A stretch of 64,000 bases of DNA from an uncultured Actinomycetes bacterium (GTDB lineage Bacteria; Actinomycetota; Actinomycetes; Nanopelagicales; Nanopelagicaceae): positions 3,639 through 67,638 of the forward strand of contig CAIQNN010000036.1 of NCBI GenBank assembly GCA_903873185.1, given 5' to 3'. Positions within the stretch are counted from its first letter, which is position 1. Every line of letters starts with the position of its first letter. The notes under the pieces are model-generated. The model was not told the origin of the DNA. It saw only the letters and a program-made list of their open reading frames with translations, and made no database searches. Positions 48,514 to 58,082 of this stretch are shown here, in pieces. A program made the position numbers and the translations under genes.

Positions 48514-49194
48514 TTAATCGTCGAACTTATAGCCCAACCCACGCACGGTCTGAATAAATACTGGGTTGGCTGGATCTGATTCGATCTTGGCGCGCAAGCG
48601 CTTGATGTGAACATCCAAAGTCTTGGTATCGCCGAAGTAGTCGCTTCCCCAGACGCGATCGATCAATTGCGAACGAGTAAGTACGCGACCTGAATTTCTA
48701 ATCAGAAATTCCAGTAACTCAAATTCTTTAAGTGGCAATGGCTGTGTTGCGCCATTAATGGTGACGATGTGTCGCTCTACATCCATGCGAACTGGACCAG
48801 CCGCTAAAACGCCATCGGCGATGCTGTCTTCTTCACCATGACGACGAAGTACGGCGCGAATTCGGGCAACCAATTCCCGAGAAGAGTAAGGCTTAGTTAC
48901 ATAATCATCGGCACCGAGTTCTAGACCAACGACCTTATCGACTTCGGTGTCTTTGGCTGTGAGCATTATGACTGGCACATTTGAACGAGTGCGAAGTTGG
49001 CGACAAACTTCAGTACCTGGCAGGCCGGGCAACATAAGATCAAGCAACACTAAATCAGCGCCGTGACGATCAAATTCTTCAATCGCCGAAATGCCATTGT
49101 CAGCTACTGAAACATCAAAACCTTCGCGACCCAAAAGGTAAGCGAGGGCATCCGAGAACGATGCTTCATCTTCGACAACGAGGATTTTTGTCAT
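48514..49194 (-). CDS. regX3: OmpR-family response regulator (RegX3-like)
   Basis: 226 aa. Receiver domain with VLLDLMLPG and a winged-helix C-terminus (VRGLGYKF). 4-nt overlap with the kinase gene. Confidence 0.88.
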   Translation of the reverse strand: MTKILVVEDEASFSDALAYLLGREGFDVSVADNGISAIEEFDRHGADLVLLDLMLPGLPGTEVCRQLRTRSNVPVIMLTAKDTEVDKVVGLELGADDYVTKPYSSRELVARIRAVLRRHGEEDSIADGVLAAGPVRMDVERHIVTINGATQPLPLKEFELLEFLIRNSGRVLTRSQLIDRVWGSDYFGDTKTLDVHIKRLRAKIESDPANPVFIQTVRGLGYKFDD

Positions 49195-50303
49195 TGGTTT
49201 GCCTCCACGGCAGTTATTTGTGGCAAAGAGTTAGCCTCTTCGCGAAGTAAAGGGAGCCTGATGGTGAATGTGCTTCCAGCGCCTTCAACGCTCCAGACGG
49301 TTACATCGCCGCCATGATTGGCAGCAACATGTTTTACGATTGACAGGCCCAATCCGGTTCCGCCAGTTAAACGTGAACGAGCCGGATCTACCCGATAAAA
49401 GCGTTCGAAAATCCGCTCAAGGTCACGTTCGGGAATTCCAATTCCTTGATCCGAAATGGAAACTTCACACAGACCATCATTACTTCGAAGCGCAACAGCC
49501 ACCCGAGTTCCTTCCGGGCTGTAGTTGATCGCATTCTCAATTAAATTATGAATTGCCATGGTGATCTGATTGCGATCGCCCTGCACTTTGGCTTCCGATT
49601 GGGCGCTATAAACAATGGTTATTCCGCGTGCAGCTGAAGTTAATCGAGATTGATCAATCGCTTCCTGAACAAGATCACTCATAACAAAGGTTTTAGCATC
49701 CTTTAGCGGGTCATCATCTTGCAATCTGGAAAGGTCGATGATCTCCTGCACTAAATCGGTCAAACGCTTCGCTTCGGTCTGCATCCGATTGGCAAATCGG
49801 GTGATTGCTTCTGGATCATCACTGGCGCCAAGAACTGCTTCGCTAAGGATCGAAAGGGCACCGATTGGAGTCTTTAATTCGTGCGAAATGTTTGCCACGA
49901 AATCGCGGCGAATTGAATCCAGGCGACGCATTTCGCTGTCATCGAAAATCAGAATTGCAATTAGACCGAGTTGTCCGATGGGAAGAACGCGAACCAACAG
50001 GTCATGGGTTCCAGCACCGATCGGGCCTCGGGGTAGTTCAAGAGTCGCTTCCTGCAAATGCCCAGATCTGCGAACGGCGCGGACCAACAAGATCAATGAA
50101 TCATTCAGAAGCGCTTGCTCACGAACCAAATTGAAGGTCGCAATTCCCGCCGATGCATGAATCACCAGTTCGCCCGGGGCGACCACAATGGTTTCGGCAT
50201 CAATACTTTGAAGTAGATCCAGCAGTTCGGGGCTTAACTTGAATTTCGGGCTGGCCTCAACAATCTCGGGCTCCGAGACCATCATCCGCTTTATCCAAGA
50301 CAC
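49191..50303 (-). CDS. senX3: Sensor histidine kinase (SenX3-like), no predicted TM segments
   Basis: 370 aa. H-box FVANISHELKTP, N-box NLIENAINYS, G-boxes DQGIGI and GGTGLGLSIV. Confidence 0.88.
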   Translation of the reverse strand: MSWIKRMMVSEPEIVEASPKFKLSPELLDLLQSIDAETIVVAPGELVIHASAGIATFNLVREQALLNDSLILLVRAVRRSGHLQEATLELPRGPIGAGTHDLLVRVLPIGQLGLIAILIFDDSEMRRLDSIRRDFVANISHELKTPIGALSILSEAVLGASDDPEAITRFANRMQTEAKRLTDLVQEIIDLSRLQDDDPLKDAKTFVMSDLVQEAIDQSRLTSAARGITIVYSAQSEAKVQGDRNQITMAIHNLIENAINYSPEGTRVAVALRSNDGLCEVSISDQGIGIPERDLERIFERFYRVDPARSRLTGGTGLGLSIVKHVAANHGGDVTVWSVEGAGSTFTIRLPLLREEANSLPQITAVEANQ

Positions 50304-50445
50304 AGCCCAATCGTAGGAGGCAACTGAGTGTCAAACCTTCAAATTACCCCTTTCAGGCTCAGATAGCGCCAACTCTTTACCTCTTGTTTGGGACTTGTTC
50401 ACCGATCGCGCCTGATCTGCTGCTTTAACCCATTATTCTTTCGGT

Positions 50446-51099
50446 ATGCGTAATGCCTTTCACGATGAGCTCTACTCGATGCGGACCGACTTGCTTCGGA
50501 TGGCCCAGTTAGTCGAGAGCGCCATGGGTAAAGCCTCACAGGCGTTGCTCGGCGCGGATTTAACTTTGGCCGAAGAAGTTATTGCCGAGGATGTAGCGAT
50601 CGATGACATCCAGCACGACCTTGATGCTCGAACGATCAACGTGATGGCCCGCCAGCAGCCAGTAGCTTCTGACCTGCGCACCTTGGTAGTTGGCCTGCGC
50701 ATGAGCGCTGACCTCGAGCGAATGGGCGACCTGGCCGATCACATTGCAAAACTGGCTCGGATGCGTTTCCCAAGCACTGCAGTTCCACCAGAACTCACAA
50801 TGACCATTGATGAGATGGGTAAGTGCGCCGGTCGGATCATAAACAAGATGGCCTCTGTCATTGAGCACCGCGACATCGTTCGGGCGCTAGAAATTGAAGT
50901 TGACGATGATGAGATGGATATCTTGCATCGCAAGATTATTTCCACGCTTTTAGATGATAACTGGACGCATGGAATTGAGACTGCCATTGATATGACTTTG
51001 CTTGCTCGATATTACGAGCGCTGCGCCGATCATGCGGTTTCGATTGCTCGCCGGGTCTACTTCTTGGTCACCGGCGAATATTCACCTATACGTCCTTAA
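50446..51099 (+). CDS. phoU: Phosphate signalling complex protein PhoU
   Basis: 217 aa. Two PhoU repeats (ADLERMGDLADHIA and RYYERCADHAVSIA). Confidence 0.9.
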   Translation: MRNAFHDELYSMRTDLLRMAQLVESAMGKASQALLGADLTLAEEVIAEDVAIDDIQHDLDARTINVMARQQPVASDLRTLVVGLRMSADLERMGDLADHIAKLARMRFPSTAVPPELTMTIDEMGKCAGRIINKMASVIEHRDIVRALEIEVDDDEMDILHRKIISTLLDDNWTHGIETAIDMTLLARYYERCADHAVSIARRVYFLVTGEYSPIRP

Positions 51100-51108
51100 T
51101 TTAAAAGG

Positions 51109-51855
51109 TTACTTCTTCCCCTGATTTGCAACCGCTTCGATTGCTTCGCGAGCGGCTTCCGGATCTAGGTATTGACCACCGGTTTTAACGGGGGTGAAAT
51201 CGTCATTGAGTTCATAGACCAACGGAATCCCAGTTGGAATATTTAAACCAGCGATCGCTTCATCTGAAATACCATCCAAATGTTTTACCAATGCGCGCAA
51301 TGAGTTTCCATGTGCTGTAACCAACACAGTATTGCCCGCAGCTAAATCCGGAACGATGGCATCAAACCAATAGGGCAACATGCGATCGATAACATCTTTA
51401 AGGCATTCGGTCTTTGGAAATTGCGAACCTAAATCGGCATAGCGTGGATCTCCGAACTGGCTGTACTTATCGTTATCGGCAATCGGTGGTGGTGGCACGT
51501 CGAATGAACGTCGCCACAACATAAATTGCTCTTCGCCATATTCGGCCAATGTCGCTTTCTTATCTTTTCCTTGCAGCGCGCCATAGTGGCGTTCATTAAG
51601 GCGCCATGATCGTTTCACTGGTATCCAGTGGCGATCAGCAACATCCAACGCAAGCTGCGAAGTATGGATCGCGCGACGCAGTAACGAGGTATGCAGAACA
51701 TCGGGAAGCAAGCCAGCCGCTTTGAGAAGTTCGCCGCCGCGACGGGCCTCTACCTCACCCTTTTCTGATAGTCGAACATCCACCCAACCAGTAAAAAGAT
51801 TGAGGGCATTCCATTCACTCTCGCCATGGCGAAGCAGGATCAAAGTTGAGGTCAT
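51109..51855 (-). CDS. gpmA: 2,3-bisphosphoglycerate-dependent phosphoglycerate mutase
   Basis: Start set at ATG 51855 ([16 protein letters not shown]). Also contains RLNERHYG and [10 protein letters not shown]. Confidence 0.93.
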   Translation of the reverse strand: MTSTLILLRHGESEWNALNLFTGWVDVRLSEKGEVEARRGGELLKAAGLLPDVLHTSLLRRAIHTSQLALDVADRHWIPVKRSWRLNERHYGALQGKDKKATLAEYGEEQFMLWRRSFDVPPPPIADNDKYSQFGDPRYADLGSQFPKTECLKDVIDRMLPYWFDAIVPDLAAGNTVLVTAHGNSLRALVKHLDGISDEAIAGLNIPTGIPLVYELNDDFTPVKTGGQYLDPEAAREAIEAVANQGKK

Positions 51856-51879
51856 GGTGGGATTCTGCCACACCAGTTA

Positions 51880-52359
51880 TTACTTTATTAAATGGGTAAA
51901 AGCCGCCAAATTTGCGAGTGATTCGCCGCGAGAAACTCGCCAAGCCCACTCTCTGCGAATCGCAGTCGCGAAGCCCAACTCCAGCAGCGGGTTAAAGGAA
52001 GAGTCGGAATATTGAAGCACAGCACCGATAATTCGATCCAACTCTTGATCAGAGACTGCGGTAAGTGGCAGCCTTCCAACCAAGAAAATGTCACCAACTT
52101 CGTTTATGGCAAAGGTAACCGCATACATCGAGGCATTTTTCTGCAATAACCAGGCGTGGACTTCCGCCAGATTCTCGTCAGGTTTGCGAATCACAAAGGC
52201 GTTGATGCTAAGCGAATGGTCGCCAATAATCAGAGCACAATGGGTCTGCAATTTCTTTTCCCCAGGCAAGGTCAGCAAAAAAGTATTGGGAGTCGAACGC
52301 TCAAACTCTAAATCATGGGATTCAAGAAACTCTTCAATTATTGAAACTGGATCGAGCAT
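51880..52359 (-). CDS. YbjN-domain protein (conserved mshA neighbour)
   Basis: 159 aa. Layout and position downstream of mshA as in other actinobacteria. Confidence 0.65.
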   Translation of the reverse strand: MLDPVSIIEEFLESHDLEFERSTPNTFLLTLPGEKKLQTHCALIIGDHSLSINAFVIRKPDENLAEVHAWLLQKNASMYAVTFAINEVGDIFLVGRLPLTAVSDQELDRIIGAVLQYSDSSFNPLLELGFATAIRREWAWRVSRGESLANLAAFTHLIK

Positions 52360-52365
52360 GAAAAG

Positions 52366-53631
52366 TTATGCCAACCAGAGTGATTGGGCACGCGGTTGTG
52401 AAATAACTTGATCATAAACTTCTAAGGTGCGCCGGGCAGTTGCTTCCCAACCAAAGTGCGAAGCGTGATCAACGGCGCCAATCGATAACATAACACGGCG
52501 TTGTGGCTCGGCGATCAATCGCGAGATAACGGCAGACCATGCTTTTGGATCGTGACCATCGACTAATGAACCAGAAATACCGTCAGCTACGGCGGTGCGC
52601 AGGCCGCCAACAGCAGTTGCAACTACTGGCGTTGCGCAAGCCTGAGCTTCTAATGCAACCAGACCAAATGATTCGCTATATGAAGGTACGCAAACTAAAT
52701 CAGAGGCGCGATACCACTCGGGCAATTGATCGCGAGTAACCGGTGGCTTGAAATGAATAATATCTTCGACGCCCAAGAACCTTGCCAAATTCTTTAACCG
52801 GTCTGGTTCGGTTGAGCCGCTTCCAGAAGCACCACCAATAATTACTAAAGCTAACTTTGCGCGCAGGTGCGGGCTATGGGAAATCATTTCTGCAACGGCT
52901 CGAACCAAAACTTCTGGCCCCTTGTGTGGCTGAATTCGGCCGACAAAGGTAAGCATGATGGCGTCGGGTGCAATGTTTAACGCTTTGCGTGCTGCAGCGC
53001 GACCATGGCCCGGTGTGAAGCGACCCAAGTCCACGCCAGGAGTAACAACAAAAACATTATCTGGGCAGGCGTTGTACATCGAAACCAAACTGGCAGCTTC
53101 CGAATCGGTGTTGGCAATCAAAGCGCTGGCGGCTCTCACAACTTGTTCTTCGCCCACCGCGCGGGTGTTTGGTTCTGGAGCTTCGCCTTCGGCGAGCGCT
53201 TGATTCTTTACCTTTGCCATGGTGTGCATGGTGTGAACCAATGGAATTCCGGTGCGCTCACTAACCATCCAGCCAAGCTGCCCAGATAGCCAATAGTGCG
53301 AGTGAATCACGTCGTAATAATCGGCTGGAAATTTTGATTGCAAATGCATGAAACTGGAAGTCAGCGCACATAGTTGCGAAGGTAACTCCTCTTTGGAAAT
53401 TCCTTCGTACGGTCCCGCCTCTAAATGGCGAACTGTTACACCTGGGGCGATTACTACGGCTTCGGGTAGATCAGATTTGGTGGCTCGGGTAAAAATATCT
53501 ACTTCAATTCCAGCTGCCGCCATCTTCATAGCGCTCTCGACGACATAGATATTCATTCCGCCAGCATCGCCAATTCCGGCTTGCTCCAGCGGCGAGGTAT
53601 GCACCATCAAAGTCGCAACCCGGGAAGTCAT
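52366..53631 (-). CDS. mshA: D-inositol-3-phosphate glycosyltransferase (mycothiol biosynthesis)
   Basis: 421 aa GT4 enzyme. N-terminal HTSPLEQAGIGDAGGMNIYV and C-terminal PSYSESFGLVALEAQACATPVVA. Confidence 0.9.
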   Translation of the reverse strand: MTSRVATLMVHTSPLEQAGIGDAGGMNIYVVESAMKMAAAGIEVDIFTRATKSDLPEAVVIAPGVTVRHLEAGPYEGISKEELPSQLCALTSSFMHLQSKFPADYYDVIHSHYWLSGQLGWMVSERTGIPLVHTMHTMAKVKNQALAEGEAPEPNTRAVGEEQVVRAASALIANTDSEAASLVSMYNACPDNVFVVTPGVDLGRFTPGHGRAAARKALNIAPDAIMLTFVGRIQPHKGPEVLVRAVAEMISHSPHLRAKLALVIIGGASGSGSTEPDRLKNLARFLGVEDIIHFKPPVTRDQLPEWYRASDLVCVPSYSESFGLVALEAQACATPVVATAVGGLRTAVADGISGSLVDGHDPKAWSAVISRLIAEPQRRVMLSIGAVDHASHFGWEATARRTLEVYDQVISQPRAQSLWLA

Positions 53632-53664
53632 AGGCCAAAGTCTAGACCCGCTACTTATTTGGCG

Positions 53665-54615
53665 CTAAAGGAGCGCTTTCATCGTGCCAACTACCCGATC
53701 CCCGCCCATTACCGCGACGGTTTCATCGGGTGTACTAATCCCCCAAAGCTCAAAAGCCGCTTGAATTATTGGACCTAGAGCCCGTAGCCCGCCATCAATT
53801 ACCTTGAAAGCCAAGGTGCGGCCATCTGGCAAGGTCGCAACCAATACCGCTTCGGCGCCCTCTTTCATAAAGAGCCCGGGGATGGCTTGCATCATGCGGG
53901 TGGCTAGTCGACCATTGCCAGCAACTAATTCAGGATGTGCTTTGCAGGCGGCGATTATCGCTTGATGAATTGGATCCGTTGAAATCGTCAGGGCGCGAAA
54001 GGCCGTTGCAATTCCTAGCGTTGATAATGCAAATAACGGCGCACCACAACCGTCAGCAGTGACGGTTGAAACTCTCTCGCCTGCCAAAGCTTCGATCTCT
54101 TGCAAGATCAGTTGTTGAAGTGGATGAGAAGGAAGAAGGTAACTTTCCAAATCCCAACCCTTATGGGCAGTCGCCGCCAACATGCCAGCATGCTTGCCAC
54201 TGCAATTTTGCGTTAACCGAGTTGGTGCTTTTTCGCCCCAAGCTTTTCGTTCCTCATCGCCTAATGGTTTATCTACGGCATTGCGAAGTTGATCAATCGT
54301 TAAACCATTATCAGACAAAATCGTTTCAACCACTGCAATGTGTTCTGCAGATCCGGCATGACTGGCGCACATCAGGGCCAACTGCTTTGAATTAACTTTC
54401 ACCCCGGTCCGAAGTACCCCAGCCGCTTGCAACGCTTTAAGTGCGGAGCGACCATAAATTGGAAGTTCGATTGCGCCCTTTGATTTGAAGACCGAGCCAT
54501 CACTATTGAGTGCTACAAAATGGCCCGAATGAATTGATTCAACCAAACCGTCGCGAGTCAGTTGCGCCAAGACCTCGCCTTGGCTTCGACTCTGATGAAG
54601 TGGCAACAAAGTCAT
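53665..54615 (-). CDS. Asparaginase (asparaginase_II family)
   Basis: Start set at ATG 54615 (TGATG overlap with the upstream stop). Motifs HSGHFVAL and CSGKHAGMLA. Confidence 0.75.
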   Translation of the reverse strand: MTLLPLHQSRSQGEVLAQLTRDGLVESIHSGHFVALNSDGSVFKSKGAIELPIYGRSALKALQAAGVLRTGVKVNSKQLALMCASHAGSAEHIAVVETILSDNGLTIDQLRNAVDKPLGDEERKAWGEKAPTRLTQNCSGKHAGMLAATAHKGWDLESYLLPSHPLQQLILQEIEALAGERVSTVTADGCGAPLFALSTLGIATAFRALTISTDPIHQAIIAACKAHPELVAGNGRLATRMMQAIPGLFMKEGAEAVLVATLPDGRTLAFKVIDGGLRALGPIIQAAFELWGISTPDETVAVMGGDRVVGTMKALL

Positions 54616-55124
54616 CAAATAACGTTCTCGGTTTGGCGTTCCATGCTCGACCAAATGTGAGCTTGTAAAGTCTGACCCTCAGCGGCCATGTCATAAGCAA
54701 AGAAGAGTTCACCTTCGACCAATCCGTATAAGCGGCTGCCACCTGTCACGATCTTTGCCGTTGGTGCGGAGTAACCCTGATCCATTGCTAATTGAATTTT
54801 GGGGCCATCCATTACGCCGACCCAGCCTTCGGAAATTCCAGTGTTATGGGCGAGCACAACTTCTAAGACCTTGTTTGGCTTTGGTCGCCAAAAACCAACC
54901 TCGGAGGCGGCAGGTCGAATGATCTCGTTGTTGGAATCAATGATCCAAGAGCGCGAAAAATAATTTAGGAATGGTCGACCATCGTGATTGAAACTAACTT
55001 CTTGGGCAAATTCAAAGGGCTCAATACCTGGGTACTCCCCGCGACCTTTGCCGCGCCAGGTACCAACCAGCCAAGCCAGCGGATTCAAATCTGGATGTAG
55101 CCCCTCGGGAATCGTAAATACCAT
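54615..55124 (-). CDS. Nitrobindin/FABP-like heme-binding beta-barrel protein (DUF1794)
   Basis: 169 aa. LNPLAWLVGTWRGKGRGEYPGIEPFEF is typical of this family. Confidence 0.75.
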   Translation of the reverse strand: MVFTIPEGLHPDLNPLAWLVGTWRGKGRGEYPGIEPFEFAQEVSFNHDGRPFLNYFSRSWIIDSNNEIIRPAASEVGFWRPKPNKVLEVVLAHNTGISEGWVGVMDGPKIQLAMDQGYSAPTAKIVTGGSRLYGLVEGELFFAYDMAAEGQTLQAHIWSSMERQTENVI

Positions 55125-55126
55125 TT

Positions 55127-55252
55127 CTAGCCCTTTCGGTTTCGCTCATCTTCACGCCAACTCCGGATAACGCCACGAACTCCTAAGAAGATCATGGCGA
55201 GCCCCATTATTAGCGCGGCAGCAATTAATAAAACTGAGGTTAGCGTCTCCAT
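55127..55252 (-). CDS. 41-aa single-TM membrane peptide
   Basis: METLTSVLLIAAALIMGLAMIFLGVRGVIRSWREDERNRKG. GGAGG lies 8 nt upstream of the ATG. This is the only plausible part of the 116-aa track ORF. Confidence 0.4.
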   Translation of the reverse strand: METLTSVLLIAAALIMGLAMIFLGVRGVIRSWREDERNRKG

Positions 55253-55297
55253 CGCGCTGCCTCCATAACGGTAAGCGTATCGGGCTAGAGTTGAGAT

Positions 55298-55660
55298 ATG
55301 GCATCGAAACTTGTTGTGAAGGTCATGGTGGGTGTGAACGATCCCGAACGCTGCGCCCAGGCTTTTACGGTGGCGACAACCGCGTTGGCATCGGGCGTTG
55401 AAGTCTCGTTGTGGTTGACGGGTGAAGCAGCCTGGTTTGCGCTGCCTGGCAAGGCGGAAGAATTTGAACTTCCACATTCGGCGCCACTTTCTCAGTTACT
55501 TGAAAGCCTTTTGCTGGCCGGAACCGTCACCCTTTGCACGCAATGCGCAGTTCGCCGAGGAATTGAATCCAAAGATCTAATCCCTGGGGTTGTGATTGCT
55601 GGCGCCGCCTCGTTTGTCGAGGAGATTATGGCCGATGGAACGAAGGTTTTGGTTTACTAA
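55298..55660 (+). CDS. DsrE/DsrF-like family protein
   Basis: 120 aa. VKVMVGVNDPERCAQAFTVATTALASGVEVSLWLTGEA and CTQC. Confidence 0.7.
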   Translation: MASKLVVKVMVGVNDPERCAQAFTVATTALASGVEVSLWLTGEAAWFALPGKAEEFELPHSAPLSQLLESLLLAGTVTLCTQCAVRRGIESKDLIPGVVIAGAASFVEEIMADGTKVLVY

Positions 55661-56556
55661 ACCAAGATCTCTTGGGAAGCTGGAATTCCTTCGGTAGTTA
55701 GCACCGCATCAGCTGGCACATTTCGCTTGATAATAGCCAACGCAATTGGACCTAACTCGTAGTGACGCGAAACCGAACCAATGTAGCCGACCTCTTTGCC
55801 TTCCCATTCAACTTTGCTGCCGTGGGATGGAAGTTCAACCATGCTGCCATCCAAATGAAGGCGAACTAAGCGACGGGGTGGTTGGCCTAAATTAAAAACT
55901 TTAGCGACCGTCTCTTGCCCGCGGTAGCAACCTTTATTCATGTGGACCGCGTTATTTAAAAAACCTAATTCGTTGGGAATTGATTTGTAATCGGTTTCGA
56001 AAAGTAATCGAGCTCGTCCAGCGGCAATTCTTTCAGCTTCTAGTGCCCACATTCCAACTTTGGTGTTGGTTTGGTTAAAAGCTTCGGCGGTGTCATGTAG
56101 CTCATCGCGCGGCACCAACGCATACGGGCCACCTAATTCATCAGCAAGACCCGGAGCACGAAGCACGGCATAATCTTCCGATCGATCGCGAACTTCTACG
56201 CGCATCATAAATTTCATTTTTTCAAGATAAGGAAGAAGATCTGCAACTCGCTCTTTTTCTAAGTGCAACCAAGTAGTCGTGCCATCATCAACCAGAAAAA
56301 ATTGATGTTCAATCCGGCCATTGGGATCCAGAATTAACGCCGTGCTCCATTGTCCAACCGGCAATTTCTCAAGATGTTGGGTAGTGAGCGCATGAAGCCA
56401 AGTAAGTCGATCTTCACCCGTTATCGAAACCACCGCACGATGCGAAAGGTCAGCCCACGCACTTCCAGCAGCGAGCGCTCGTTGCTCATGGTTGGGTTCG
56501 CCTGAATGCCAAACTGCGCCGGCATCAGGTCCGCTTTCAATTAGAACTTCGGTCAT
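55657..56556 (-). CDS. ygfZ: Folate-binding YgfZ/GcvT-like protein
   Basis: 299 aa. Signature KGCYRGQETVAKV. Confidence 0.85.
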   Translation of the reverse strand: MTEVLIESGPDAGAVWHSGEPNHEQRALAAGSAWADLSHRAVVSITGEDRLTWLHALTTQHLEKLPVGQWSTALILDPNGRIEHQFFLVDDGTTTWLHLEKERVADLLPYLEKMKFMMRVEVRDRSEDYAVLRAPGLADELGGPYALVPRDELHDTAEAFNQTNTKVGMWALEAERIAAGRARLLFETDYKSIPNELGFLNNAVHMNKGCYRGQETVAKVFNLGQPPRRLVRLHLDGSMVELPSHGSKVEWEGKEVGYIGSVSRHYELGPIALAIIKRNVPADAVLTTEGIPASQEILV

Positions 56557-56966
56557 AGCGGGAGTTGGCAGTTTTCGCAGAGACCGTAGATCGCAAAGTG
56601 CGAGACATCAGTCTTAAAGCCATAATCATCGGCAAGTGATTGGACGAAATTTGCAGCCGCTTCGATTGGCGCATCGCCAACAGAACCACACTTGCTGCAA
56701 ACTAAATGGAGATGGGTCAACTCTTCAGCGGCGTGATAAGTCGCGCCACCATGTCCCAAGTGGGTGTGTTGAACCAAGCCAACATTCTCTAAGGTCTCGA
56801 GATTTCGGTAGACCGTTGAAAGGTTAATTCCAGGATGAGTTAACCGAACTTTCTCGGCCACCTCTTCTGGAGTTGCATGCCCTAGATCGCGGACCGCAGC
56901 CAAGACCAGCTCGCGCTGAGGCGTTAGGCGAAGACCCTTTTCGCGAAGTTCATGTGGTTCGGCCAT
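56553..56966 (-). CDS. Fur-family transcriptional regulator
   Basis: 137 aa. LRLTPQRELVL HTH region, HHAA...HLHLVCSKCG and CENC metal sites. Confidence 0.85.
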   Translation of the reverse strand: MAEPHELREKGLRLTPQRELVLAAVRDLGHATPEEVAEKVRLTHPGINLSTVYRNLETLENVGLVQHTHLGHGGATYHAAEELTHLHLVCSKCGSVGDAPIEAAANFVQSLADDYGFKTDVSHFAIYGLCENCQLPL

Positions 56967-56975
56967 GGCGCAATA

Positions 56976-57434
56976 CTACCGATTAGTGGCGCGAGCAATT
57001 AGCAGGTAAAGCTCGCAGCCTAGGCAGAAATTGAAGGCGGCGTTGAGGAAGGCAGCGGCCAAAGCGAAGCTGGTTGCAACCGCAAAGAGCACCGGCGCGC
57101 TCAAAATCGCGCCACTTAACGCGGTCACGGCAAACAAGAAGCCGATCTTCTGCGCAAATTGAGGTGGTCGAACATCTTCAGTTGGCACATCGCCAGAAAG
57201 GCGTGGCTTTACAAACTTCTTATAGATCAATGCGTATGGACTCTTCTGTGGTCCGAGAAAGGCACCAGTTGCAAAAACCAATAACTGCAGACCGATAAGG
57301 ACCGCCGAATGAGTTACTAACGCGACTGCAAGGACTGCAGTTGTAATCACTGCGCCAAAACGTGGACCTCGAGCATCGATTAGTCGAGCGCTCTTATTTT
57401 CAGTTGCTTCTAAATTACGATTAATTGTTGCCAT
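56976..57434 (-). CDS. DUF4395-family membrane protein
   Basis: 152 aa with 4 TM segments. ARGPRFGAVITTAVL and C-terminal FCLGCELY. Confidence 0.65.
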   Translation of the reverse strand: MATINRNLEATENKSARLIDARGPRFGAVITTAVLAVALVTHSAVLIGLQLLVFATGAFLGPQKSPYALIYKKFVKPRLSGDVPTEDVRPPQFAQKIGFLFAVTALSGAILSAPVLFAVATSFALAAAFLNAAFNFCLGCELYLLIARATNR

Positions 57435-57461
57435 TTAATTTTCCTTTGGTCGAATGGGATG

Positions 57462-57493
57462 AACTAAAAAGAATTACTAATAGTTTTTTAGTT
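57462..57493. promoter_or_regulatory. AT-rich inverted repeat upstream of the DUF4395-fur-ygfZ operon
   Basis: AACTAAAAA-N14-TTTTTAGTT, with an inner ACTAaTAGT palindrome. Lies 28-59 nt upstream of the ATG at 57434. Confidence 0.3.
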
Positions 57494-57639
57494 ATTGCAT
57501 TCGACATAACGAACCAGCCAGGCGCCCGAAATCAATTATGCGGCGCTTGGTGAAATGCACTGGCTCGTGGTTAATCACTTGCTTAGAATAAATAATCAAA
57601 ACCTAAAAGACTAATTGCGATGAATTCGCAGTTGCACTT

Positions 57640-58062
57640 TTAGAGCTTTATCGCCGCGAGCGCACTGATAACTTGATCCCGCTTGGGGGCGCCAACGGCT
57701 CGGCCGATCTCTAGGCCATTTCGATCCAATATCAAGGTAGTCGGCGTCGATCTAATATCTAATTTGCGAACTAATTCCAGATGACTTTCGGCATCAATAT
57801 CTACGTGGACGATATCGGGCTGGTCAGCAGTGATATCGGTAAGCAGCGCCCTGGTCGCACGGCAGGGGGAACAAAAAGCCGAAGAGAACTGGACCAGAGT
57901 TCCGCGCGTGCCAAGTTCGACCCCGATCTGCGCTGGGGTCAACCCCAAAGGCTGCGATTCTGGGGCTTTTTTAGCCACGACGCGGCCACGGGTACGTCGA
58001 TACCAGAAGCCATAGGCAGCGGAGATTGCAAGCACGAAGGCGAGTGGAGCGAGAGTTCTCAC
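57640..58062 (-). CDS. Membrane-anchored thioredoxin-like protein
   Basis: 140 aa. N-terminal TM segment and CxxC motif FCSPCR. Confidence 0.75.
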   Translation of the reverse strand: MRTLAPLAFVLAISAAYGFWYRRTRGRVVAKKAPESQPLGLTPAQIGVELGTRGTLVQFSSAFCSPCRATRALLTDITADQPDIVHVDIDAESHLELVRKLDIRSTPTTLILDRNGLEIGRAVGAPKRDQVISALAAIKL

Positions 58063-58082
58063 ATGAGTATTCTTTCACTCTT

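Noticed and set aside
55253-55477. N-terminal 75 codons of the 116-aa track ORF 55127..55477
   Set aside because: The sequence is Arg/Cys/His-rich and non-protein-like, and it overlaps the start of the divergent DsrE-like gene. Only the SD-preceded 41-aa C-terminal part is plausible.
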